Assembly: GCA_051294905.1 (NCBI GenBank)
Contig: CM119372.1
Span: 23,994,001-24,058,000, forward strand
Length of the DNA stretch: 64,000 nt
Source of the DNA: Botryllus schlosseri
Lineage: Eukaryota
Direction of reading: 5' to 3'
Positions 37,148 to 48,400 of the stretch are shown here, in pieces (the first letter of the stretch is position 1; each line of letters starts with the position of its first letter). The notes under the pieces were generated by a model, which was not told the DNA's origin, made no database searches, and worked only from the letters and a program-made list of their open reading frames with translations. Made by a program: the position numbers and the translations under genes.

Positions 37148-38330
37148 CAGTGGTTCCCAACGTGGGCGATATCGCCCCCCAGGGGGCGATTTGGCGGTCT
37201 AGGGGGGCGAAAATAACGAAGGGGGCGATAGGGGGGCGAAAATGGAAGAAGGGGGCGATGGGGGGCGAAAACAACGAAGGGGGCGATAGGGGGTCGATGG
37301 CGCGTTAAAACTGCTATATTGGAGTCGGAACTGTAACTACCGCACCCCAAACCCCCCAATTGGGAGGGGGGCCCGAAATCGAAGGAAGCCCAAATTTATT
37401 TCGTGAATTAACATGAATGATAGAGTAATTTTTTAGAAAATCATGCGACTTTTTCAAAATTTTCGCGCTGTGCGCGATTTAATATCTTTATGTATCTTGA
37501 TGTTGGGGTCCCCGTCATCCAACAAAAATACGCATGATTTATGGAAATGGGAGACTTCGGCGTCACCCATTACTGCGCCCTGACGCACCAAGACACATGA
37601 AGTTGGAGGCCATGTAACATGCGACTCCAAGAAGTGTGCCAGAACGATCCGCAGCGAGAAGACCTTGTCCGAAAGGAATGCCCTTGTGCTAACCGAAAAC
37701 TTCGATATGTATACATACATATATGTTTAGTTGTCTATAGGCGCCTCAATGGCTGGCGTCGAATGTTCCTGTCCTGGCGAACTTAACCCTACAGGACAAA
37801 TTCCATCCCGCAAGGAAAATATTATTTGACAGTAAAGAAATACCAATATAAAATCATGTGCGTCTTTTAGTTTGGTACGCTTTGACGATTTCCATATCTT
37901 CTGATATAGCAGATATAGGAGGTCACGAAACAGCATCATGTAAAGAAGTCAATATAACAACGATTCCGCCGAGGATGTTTAATTATTATTTAGGGGTACT
38001 ACCTTTTCCAACATACCACATCGACCATATTGACCGATTCAAACATGAATTATATAAATTTGTTGCGCTCCGCTCGTTCAGGCGAAATACAGGGACTCAC
38101 CAAACAGTACATGAAATAGGGTATAGCTGATATGTAGCGACAAAAAGCCCACTGGCTGAGGGGGGTCTGGGGTTTGGTTTATCACCCTATGGGGCCAAAG
38201 ACCAACGTTTTTTTTTTGGGGGGGGGGGGGGCTGACGAATACTGTTTTTCGGTTCCCAATATCTGGGGGGCGATGATCGGTGTGGAGCTTCAAAAGGGGG
38301 CGATGAGTCGAAAAAGGTTGGGAACCACTG
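37148..38330. mobile_element. 1183-bp non-autonomous hAT (Buster-like) element
   Basis: TIR CAGTGGTTCCCAAC / GTTGGGAACCACTG; perfect 8-bp TSD ATTTAAAG; GGGGCGA subterminal arrays. Confidence 0.93.
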
Positions 38331-38560
38331 ATTTAAAGCATGAAAATCATTGAAATATTAGGTAAAAGCTAAGACATTACGGTATAATATGTAATGCATA
38401 TATATGGAATTCATCAATTTTTTTGCACTTGAATTTCACGATTCTTACTTTTACTATGGCCGGCTAGTTTCACTCTATCTTAGTCATACTACAATTCATG
38501 CGGCATATGGATATCAATCCGACACAAACATCAAACAACAGAAATAGGTGTAAAAACATG

Positions 38561-39840
38561 TCAGTTGGCATCCGAGCCGCAACAACGTCTTCTGCTACTA
38601 TCGGCGGGAACAGAAACTTCTGACAGTTCAATTATTGGACGACTATCGAACATGCCCGGACTGTCTGCTCTAAAGTCCGACGTCAAGCTGAAATCGTCGG
38701 CGATACGCTGGAATAATTCCGTCACATTTTCGCCAGTTTTGCTCGAGGTCAAGAAACAATCGCCGTTGAACATTTTCAAATCTTGTATAGAAACCTTGAG
38801 AGCTTGGGACTCACATTGTACCAAGTCCATTTTCGTCCCGCAAATATACACCTGGCAAGACTTTTCGTGGACTTGTAATTCCTTAATCCAATATTCGGCT
38901 TCGTGGAACGATTTGGAGTCTGTTACATCGCAGCAAATGATTGCAGCCTTAGCATCACGGTAATACAATCGCACGATGCTCCGAAAACGTTCCTCCCCCA
39001 TTGTATCCCAAATATGGAGCAATGCCGTTCTAAGACAGAAAAAAGTCAAGTGCTATAAACAGGTACACACGCAGTGCAGACTCAACCTCCCAATTTAAAA
39101 AATAGGAATCAAAATTCACCATATAGTTGCATAATGAATGATGTGATGAATGTCATCAAGGAATAGATGATAGGTAGGCCTACTTATAACCAAGAAGCGG
39201 ACTTAGTACTGAAATTCACTTCATCTACCTGCAGCTTTTAAATGGTAGATTACTAGTTTAGGACGACTTAAAACAGTACAGGTAAAATTGAAGACTCTGA
39301 TCTGCATCTGCCTGATTGTCGGATTTTGTCAGACTTGAAAGCAAGGAATACGGCAAGTGATTTGCAAAATTGCATTTCGCTTCAGAATTCATACATAGCA
39401 GCGGTTCCTACACTTTTTGGCAAACGCATCACTTGCCGTACAATCATAAAGCACTGAAAAGAGCACAGGGGCATGGGTAATATGCAATAAAACTATGGTA
39501 TTATAAGCCAAGCATCTCAGGTTAATTTGGGTCAAATTGAGTCTTCATGAGCAGACGAAGCCACTTTCACATGGTATTCGACTAAACCACTAATACACAG
39601 TCAAATTTCGATAATGATTGCAAGTCTAAATTCGACAGTTTGCATCCTAAATAAAATCACAACTCACCCTTTATCAGTCTGCAAAGTCTTGGTGGCAAAG
39701 ACAGCCCCAAAACTGTGCGAGAGACCGGGTTGGAAAACTCCTTTCAGCAAGCGACAAAGAAGAGTCGACTTACCTCCTGATTTTGCACCAAGTAAAATCA
39801 CTTTGCACACATTCTTACCAACTACAGTACGTCGCTTCAT
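38561..39840 (-). CDS. Divergent RAB24-like GTPase B, 213 aa, 2 exons
   Basis: Exon 1 39840-39668 (58 codons, missing from the ORF track): MKRRTVVGKNVCKVILLGAKSGGKSTLL...SHSFGAVFATK. Exon 2 39029-38561: WDTMGEERF, GTKMDL, LTSSK, RRRCCGSDAN. Same phase-2 intron as RAB24. Confidence 0.88.
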
Positions 39841-42030
39841 TGATGACTCAATATCTACAGTCTACACGTTGAGGATAATAATCAAAAATCTACTACAGGC
39901 TCAGGCATCACCAATAGGCAGTACAGTGCCGGTTGCATGTATTTTGTTGGAATGACACAAAAGTACTTTCTCTTTGACAAAACACTGCATTTATATGATT
40001 CATTGTGATGCCACTTCAAATCTATATTTGTAAATGTGAATCACCAGTTGCTACAGCACATTGCATATCATAGCATAGCCTGATCGAAGCTAAATGTGAC
40101 TAATATCACATCAAGAAGCATAAGAAAAAGCAAATGAGTGAATTCACCTGCTCACGTTTATTGCTATTTACGGTATCAGGTCAACTAAGGAAGGAATTCT
40201 GGTAGCAGTTTAGGCGCATCATACACATGATGACAAATATTAGAAGATGGCTGAGGATAGCTGACGTAAAATGAGTGGATGCAACATACCGATGTCTTTT
40301 CCATCGTAGAATCCGAGGATTTAAATGACTCCATCAGCAACGAAGTGACGTTCAGACTTCAGGAAGCACACCAAAAGCATATTTTACGATATTAGCAATA
40401 CGTAACTGTATTCAACTGGAATTCAACAACAATACAAAATATCGCATAATGAAATGTCGTGTGATGAGATAATATTTGCATGGATGAGAAATATTGATAC
40501 CGGTAGTGAAAGAAATACGATTCACTAAAATGAAGAGGTTCAAAAAGGACATCAGGATTGATATTGAGATGCTAAACAGGATATTTATCCAATTACAACT
40601 GAAAATGGCAAGAAAGAATAATATAATTATGAATTGTCAATACTCTCACTGCATATTTCTCCGAAGTTTGGCTGCTACATTCATCGTCACAGAATCAACT
40701 TCAATCAGATTATTCAATCATGACAGCCAGCCATGACAGCATCATGACAGCACTTTTCTTTGTCCTTGCTGCTAGGCAAGCATAGCTTCAAAATACTAGT
40801 GCTTGGGCCCAGGTTCTCTATATCAAGTTGAAATGGTATCACAACCAATTTATTAACGGCAAGGCTAGCATTCGTTATGTTTAAGATGACGTAATTGGCA
40901 GTAACAAAATTTTAGAGGAATGCGATACAAGAAAGCCAATGGACGGAAGCAGACTGTACAGAACCATCAGTAGTTAATATGAAGAAATCGGTAGTAAGAT
41001 TTCATTGCTACTAACAGAGACAGCTTTACGAAAATATGCTAGTAAAACCACAAAAAATATCAGAATAATAGTAGTTCGCAATGAATTTGTAGGCTACGTA
41101 CGATTGATATATAGAGTGCCTTGAATGCATAGGATGAATGAAAAATATGAAGTCTGAGTTTGCAATATATGTTTACATGAGGGCTAGAGTCTGTCAATTT
41201 CTGCACAGGTAATTACAAAAAAAAAATGGTAATTCATGGTAAAAATAAACAAGAAAATTAAGCGAGGACACGATGAGTGATGACCCTCACATGTATCTCA
41301 TTACAGGCTACCGGTCGCTAGCCTACATAGGCTATTATGTCGCAAGTACAAACAAAAAAATGCAACCTGGAAAATTTCATGGTGAATGTGGAGACACAAG
41401 CCTTATTGCTGACACACAAAAAAGGCAACAGGGTGAAGACCTATCCAACCTCAGATCCTCAAAATGAATAAACGAAGCAGAGGCAGGTAGTACCATAAAT
41501 ACAGTGGTCAGGGTGATGTGACAAACTGTTCAAGTTGTGGTAGAGTCTGTTGCAATCTGCTCAAAGATAAGCAAAAGACCTAGGCCTAATAAAATCGCAG
41601 AAAGCAATGGTTTCTTGTGTAGGTAGTACATCACTAATCACTAGTCGTTGGAAGTTGTCGGAGGTAAGAAAAATCGAGCTGGAGTAGAATTATGAGTCAA
41701 GATGTATGGTGAAATTTCATTGCATTGAGTAGACCTTGTGGTCAAAGTACATTCACGTTAGCTTCTCACTACCGACAATTGGTGGATACTAGGGGATACT
41801 AAGAATTACTACCCTAGTGAGCTAATCATGCATTGCATGCAGTATGCAAAAGTTCAAAAAATACAATCATGAACAAGAGCTAATTACGGAAAACAGATCT
41901 TGCTGAGGACATAATAATCAACTTGTGTTACATAAGTAAAAACTACATGACGGTGCTGGAATTATGCTAGATATTACATAAAAAGACTTGCTAGTTATGA
42001 CCATGAAACAATTATATCAATATATCATAC

Positions 42031-43164
42031 CTATGATGAACTACAACATGTTGGTCCTGTATCATTGTTATTAGCATGTTGCTTTGAACTGTTGCTGTGA
42101 TACAAAGATCTGGAGGAGCCTGTCGAGTTAATTTCCCCGCTATATATTTGTTCAAAGTCTTCTGCGATTTGTTGAAAAAGTGGAAAAACATTATAATTTG
42201 CCTTGCTTGAAGTTTCAATTGAAGACGCCTTGAAGATAGTCAATTCCTCCGACTGGATTGCACGGCTTCTCAACTTATCCCAAATAAGGTCAGCTTTAGT
42301 TCCGCAAACATATATTTTACAGTCCTTTTCGGCACTACGAACCGCCTTTATCCAATATTCCATCCTTTTGAAACTGGCCCGCTCTGTTAGATCACAGCAA
42401 ATAATGGCGGCCTGTGCATTACGGTAATAGAGACTCGCAAGAGAAAGGTAGCGTTCTTGTCCGGCGGTATCCCAAATTTGCAAAGAAACCAATCTGAAAT
42501 ATATCATAAAGTCTCTATCACTGATTATGATCATTGACAATTGTGCAAGTTTCCGAAATAAAGCAACTATGAAATTGAAGTAAACCTGGTCTCATAGCAG
42601 TATAGCCTATCAGTCATTCACTAAATTTCCATAATTTGCTGTAGGCTACCATAACATTTTGAAGATACAAAATTGAATTAGTGTAGTTTACCGCTTAGGC
42701 TAACGATTTAATACACACCGCATCCTAGAATATTAGTAAAAACTGAAAACAAATTACTTTTGAAAGAGAAAATAAAGACTGAACATGGGTAAATTTGCTC
42801 TAATGCAAACATAAGAATCTCAGATCGAAATACGCTTTGAGGCTATATCTATTGGATTAGGCTAGCGAGCGGTCGCCGCCCGGCAATATAAATAAGAGTG
42901 CATTTTTATTTCCAATGCATCAACTTAAATTTTCTACGACATGGGTGACATGTTATTGTTACTTACTACCGGTATATATGTTACTTACCCGCGTTCCGTG
43001 TCAAGCATTTTTGCGCCAAAAGCTGCGCCTATCGTTGGTTTGGATTTTACATCGAACGAGTCGTGAAGAAATCTTTCAAGAAGGCAGGTTTTGCCTGAAC
43101 CTGCATCTCCAAGCATCACAACTTTACATGGCCTTGAATTTCGAACCTTTCTGGCATAATCCAT
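42031..43164 (-). CDS. RAB24-like GTPase A, 212 aa, 2 exons
   Basis: Exons 43164-42989 and 42493-42031, phase 2. GDAGSGKT, KPTIGAAF, WDTAGQERY, GTKADL, ETSSK, C-terminal TCCSSS. Confidence 0.9.
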
Positions 43165-43376
43165 GATTGAATGATCACTTAGCAGGAAAGCCAAAATGCA
43201 GAGGCACGGCAGGTCAGCTGGTTTGCATTCATTCGAGAATCATGACTAATACCAAGTGTATCCGCGAGTTGGCGTTAGCGGTAGTCGCATGACGCACGTA
43301 CTCGTACTGTTTCAGCAGCGTGTACTCAAAGTACACGCTGGTTTCAGTATTCGATACCTTATTAATTGTATTTACA

Positions 43377-44025
43377 CAGAGGTGGTCAAAGTAGCCAAGA
43401 AACCTACTCAAGTAGAAGTAGAAGTAGCGACGAAAAAAATCTACTCAAGTACGAGTAGAAGTAATTCTTCCATAGATAACCTAAAACTACTTGAAGTAGA
43501 AGTAGAATTCACTGACTTTAAATCTACTCAAGTAAGTAAGTAGTTGTCAAAACGATCGTAATTCGTTCGTATAGATTGTTAAAAGGTGCAAATTATGCTA
43601 TGCGAAAGGTGCCGAGCTTGATTCATATTGACCAGGAGGTATCCAATTTTCGACAGCATAAGCATTCGTCTGCATCATGAGATGAAAATGATGGTAGTTA
43701 TATAGAAATGCGATACTAATCCTCTGTTTACTCGAACAGGACGTCTTAGAAAATATCATGGTATGGCCAGGGATATCTAGAACTTCTAGTTCTTCTAGGT
43801 AGTTCTAGATATCCCTGGGTATGGCGCACTCCCCCATATTATACGGCCCGTTAGTCGTAGAGCAATACGGAGAAATGAAAATAGCGAAAAGTAAGTAAGT
43901 AGATCACCAAATATTACGAAGTAGAAGTAGCGAAAATCAGATCTACTTGAGTAAGTGCCAGAAGTAGAGGAAAACTACTTGAGTACTTCGAAAAAGTAAG
44001 AGTACTTCGTTACTGACCACCTCTG
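43377..44025 (+). mobile_element. MITE family A, full-length
   Basis: TIR CAGAGGTGGTCA / TGACCACCTCTG; AGTAG arrays; internal 18-bp stem at 43767-43818; no TSD. Confidence 0.85.
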
Positions 44026-44269
44026 GGCGTACGCTGCGTTGGAGTCGACTTTTTGATCAAATTTTAATACTTTTCCTTGGGACAAATTCTCAAAAAAAGA
44101 GGACATTTACGCGTCCTCCGAGGACACTTTCAATTTACTGAAAGATGAGCACAAATCCTGAGGACGTACGTTAACCCTAACTCTACAAGGACAATGACAA
44201 CTGAAAATCACGGGCTGGTGTTCGGCAATAAAGTCGACAAGCATGACCATGTCCAAACCTCATTCATGT

Positions 44270-44920
44270 CAAAATACAAGCAATTTCTACTAAATGAATA
44301 CTAGTCAGTCCTCCAGATTACCGGACCACGACCTGACCTATCGATCTCGCTCTCCGTGACATGCCACCTCATTTTTGTCGCTTGCTTTTTTATATTATCT
44401 TCTTTTACTTTTCACTCGGTGTGCATGTGCAATTGTGCATTGTGCAATGCACATTGTGCATGTCTCACCTTCCTTTACATCGCCTAGGCCAAGGTGGGTG
44501 TCCGATTTCTACGACTACTCCAAGTCGCTTCGACACCTTCCCATCTTTTCATTGTATCGCAATTTTGTTGTGTATTGAACTGAGAAAAATAGCTACTAAA
44601 ACCGAACTAGCGGCCAACTCAATGTGCCAGTGTAGATATCCAAATGTGACTATATAGTCGGTAACAGTAGTCCGCCCGCAACATTACCGGGCCGCGACCT
44701 GACCTATAGATCTCGCCTTCCGTGGGATATGCCACCCAATTTTGTCGCTTGCTTTTTCTATACTGTCTTCTTTTTACCTATTTTCAGTGTGCATGCCTCC
44801 TCCATACATCGCCTGGGCCAAGGCAGGTGTCTGATTCCAAAGACTACTCCGATAAGTCGTTTCGACACCTTCCATTGTACCGCAATGTTTTGTGGTGTAA
44901 TGAACTGATACAAATTGCTG
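44270..44920 (+). mobile_element. Two tandem truncated LINE family 2 tails (~44270-44600 and ~44685-44920)
   Basis: Both carry ATTACCGG..C(A/G)CGACCTGACCTAT.GATCTCGC...GACTACTCC...TTCGACACCTTCC. Confidence 0.8.
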
Positions 44921-45490
44921 ATGAACCGAAACGAGGTCCGTATTTAGCCATCACACATCTGGAATTTCAATATTATTAATGAACGCACGAGTGCGAAAAT
45001 GACTTGCTCTCGATAACCCCACTCCACATCGTACCTTCGAATACAGGCTATTCATGTAATCCATTTTAGTTTACATCGCTTCACCGTCTTTAGCAGTGTG
45101 GCTGCGATTCTGTTCTGTTCAATGATCATGTTCGGTTACACTTCGTGACTCCTGGGCTAGTTTGGATTACGATCGAGCCACGCCTAGCAACATCCAGTAT
45201 GCGACAAAACCCATTTTTATGCCAATGATTCCAGATTGCCAGTTTCAAGAGGTCCTTTGATCAGATTTTCAAGGCTTCCGCGGGACTTATAAAACAGCAT
45301 GATACGCCTCATTTGGCCCACGATTCTGACACTCCTGCGTGCTGCCAAAACACCCAAAGACCAAGGCACCAGTGTAGATACCTAATAACTCCACAGTTTT
45401 TTATTGAGTGTAAAAATTCTAGCCACCGGTTCAGAGCTCGTGACCAGGGTTAGCAGCGTATAACATAGAACACCAATCTCAGATATCCTG

Positions 45491-48400
45491 TCATCTCCTT
45501 TTCGCCGCATGCTCGGTCTCGGCAAGTCGCCTCAGTCTCTTCTTCTCTTGCAGAACCTGCTTTAGTTTGTCATAATGACCTCTGGACTTGCAGTGTCCCT
45601 CTTTGGCGCTGGTGCGCGAGCTGTAGAACTTGTTGCAAAGTTGACAGAAGAATCCCTGCATTCAATATATATATGAAATGCCAACGAGTTGCAATGACTA
45701 GACTAGAGTCACAATTTTTCCAAGTCTTGTCATTTACTTAAACTTTTAAACGGACTTGACTCAACTTAAGCCTTGACTCGACTTGTACTCAAGTCATTGC
45801 ATATACTCAAGATGACTTGATTAAAATCTCGTTTATCAGAACCGATACTTGGCCTACAAACTGACTTTTATCTGCTTGAATAAACATGCTAAGAGAAAAA
45901 AGAGTAGGACTATATTACTAATGTGACACCTTCGATCTCACCCAGAGTTACACAGAAGTGAGTTGAACCCGACTTGAACTTGATTATGAAAGTGAATATG
46001 ATGACTCGGGCTCGACCCGTTGCTTCTTGACTTGGACTCAAGACTTGACTCGGTGTTGAAGCGCAAACGAATCGAGTCAAACACAGTACAATTGGTCGAA
46101 AAATTTCCGAAATCACCAGTTTTATTTTACAATTGAATAGTACATTCATATTAAAATAAACCCGAATATTTTCGGCTGACACTCGTCAGGGGTAATCGTC
46201 ATCAACTAGTAGAGAATTGGAAAGAACATTGTATATCAACAATCGTATCACAAAATATGACGATATGATATATATATATATATAATATGATACGATTGTT
46301 GATATACAATGTTCTTTCCAATTCTCTACTAGTTGCTGACGATTACCCCTGACGAGTGTCAGCCGAAAATATTCGGGTTTATTTCAATTACAACATACTA
46401 TTCAATTGTATATTGAAGTTCTGTATCTCCAAGAAGCTCTTCAGTTGTATTTTCTAGTACTAGAGCCTTCAGAATTTTTGAAAAGTGGTAAACCTACCTT
46501 TCATGGACGTCTGGCTAATTAACACTGCCCTAACCTAAACCTAACTTTAATGCACATGCATTAATGATATATTGTGTCGCATGATCCTATGTTCACGGAA
46601 CGTAAATGCGGCCAACACAAGTACGCTTTGCCAAACCTGCATGGGACAGATCATCGCTTGCCCGACGGGCGTGTTCCCGTCAAACTTTGGCATCCGGTAT
46701 TTTGTGAAGTCGTCTGGAAGCGGCGGAACCTGGCAGGATATGAACAAGAGTTCAGGTGATCTACTGACATACAATAACCAGAAACACCATCTCGTACCGG
46801 TATCAACTCTTTCTTTGGAGGCGGAGCCTTCTCTACATCTGGCGACCTCTGTTTACCAGACGAGGCGCGTCTCGACCTCGGTTCGTCGCGACGCGAGTAG
46901 CTTGATATATACTCGACCCGTTCTTTGCTTCGCGAGCGACTTCTGTCGCATTTCCCTGATGTAAGATAAAGTACGAAGGTCGGAGGCGAGATGATTTACA
47001 GCAGTGAATCCCAAACTTTTTTGATCAATTGCCCCCTTGTCAAACTCGATTATCTTTTTTATTTCTTCTTACTACTACAGACGATAAACAGCACTTCGTT
47101 CATCTAATCACAAGATGAGTATTTAAGGTGAAACAATGACTATCCATGCAGTTGTTCAAACTTCACTTGACGTCTTCTTTCAGTTGCAGCAGTAGCGCAA
47201 GCGTACCAGCGCAGCAAAGCATTGTGCTTTGTGGATTTAGCCGCCAGATAGCTTTGTTAGCTTTTCTATTATGGATTTTCTGCCTTCCTGTTTTGTGGTG
47301 TACTTTTATCGAATGAAAATTCTGTTTCAGCTCTTACGGCAAGGCTTAGTAGTTAGTACTGTGTCTGAATAATTTCTGTATTATTTTATCCGTATATGTT
47401 ATGTTACACAGTAATATGATACATCTTGATACAGTATTTCTTGAATCGTTTGATATCAAAATACTGTACAATACAACAAACTTGGAGGTATAACTCTTGG
47501 GCGGTTTATGCGATCAGCAATATAGCACAGTTTCAATTCATTTGTTACGCATCAGTACAGTATTTTTTAATGCATTGTCTGCCTTTATATTTTTCCTCTC
47601 AATTCTGTCAAAAGTGAGTGGCACCAAAGTGTCCGAATAAGAAGAGTCGACTGTATATAGGTTGCTATTTTGACAGCTTTATACAAGCGGGATGTGGGTA
47701 GTGGTGATCAGTGACAAAGTACTTTTACTTTTTCGGACTTGTGAGTTTTGTCAACTTGCACTGCACATGAGAGTGGTTGTGATTTTAGACTTCTTCCGCT
47801 TTTTCTTACTTGGAAATTGTTACTGCTACTGGAGTACCAACGATGACCATTCCTGGGTGAGAGTGTATAAAAGCTCATAAATCAGGCTACCTGATACTTG
47901 TTTTATGCGACAAGTGATGATATTTACTGTAGTACAGCTGCAATTGATTTATTACGCACCAGTACAGTATTTCACCGCCTTTACGAATGACCATGAAATG
48001 AAGGATTGATTTCCACTTAGAAAAAGCCTTTCTCCGCTTAATTATGACAAAAGCGTGCGCAACAAAAGTGTCAGAATTCAGCTGAGCTGACTATATATCC
48101 AAATCCAATCCTTGTCAAAATCTTATAAATTCTACTTCGTCAAATCAAAATCCACGTACGGGCTCCAACTCACCTCTGTCATACATCGGGGGTGGCGCAG
48201 ACTCATAGTCAGTTCTGGGAGACCGTCGACCCGATTCGGAATACTTTCTGTTGGAGGAGGGCGGAAAACCATGCATCGGTGGAGGCAGATGAAGCGGTGG
48301 CATCGTATGGTGCATCCGAGGCGGAGCAATAGGAGGCAGGCCAGGGCCAATGGGAGGAAAACCGGGTAGCATCATCGGCGGAAACACGCCAGGCGGCGGT

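Noticed and set aside
43767-43818. 18-bp hairpin as an independent regulatory RNA
   Set aside because: It is internal to a family A MITE, with no other supporting signal
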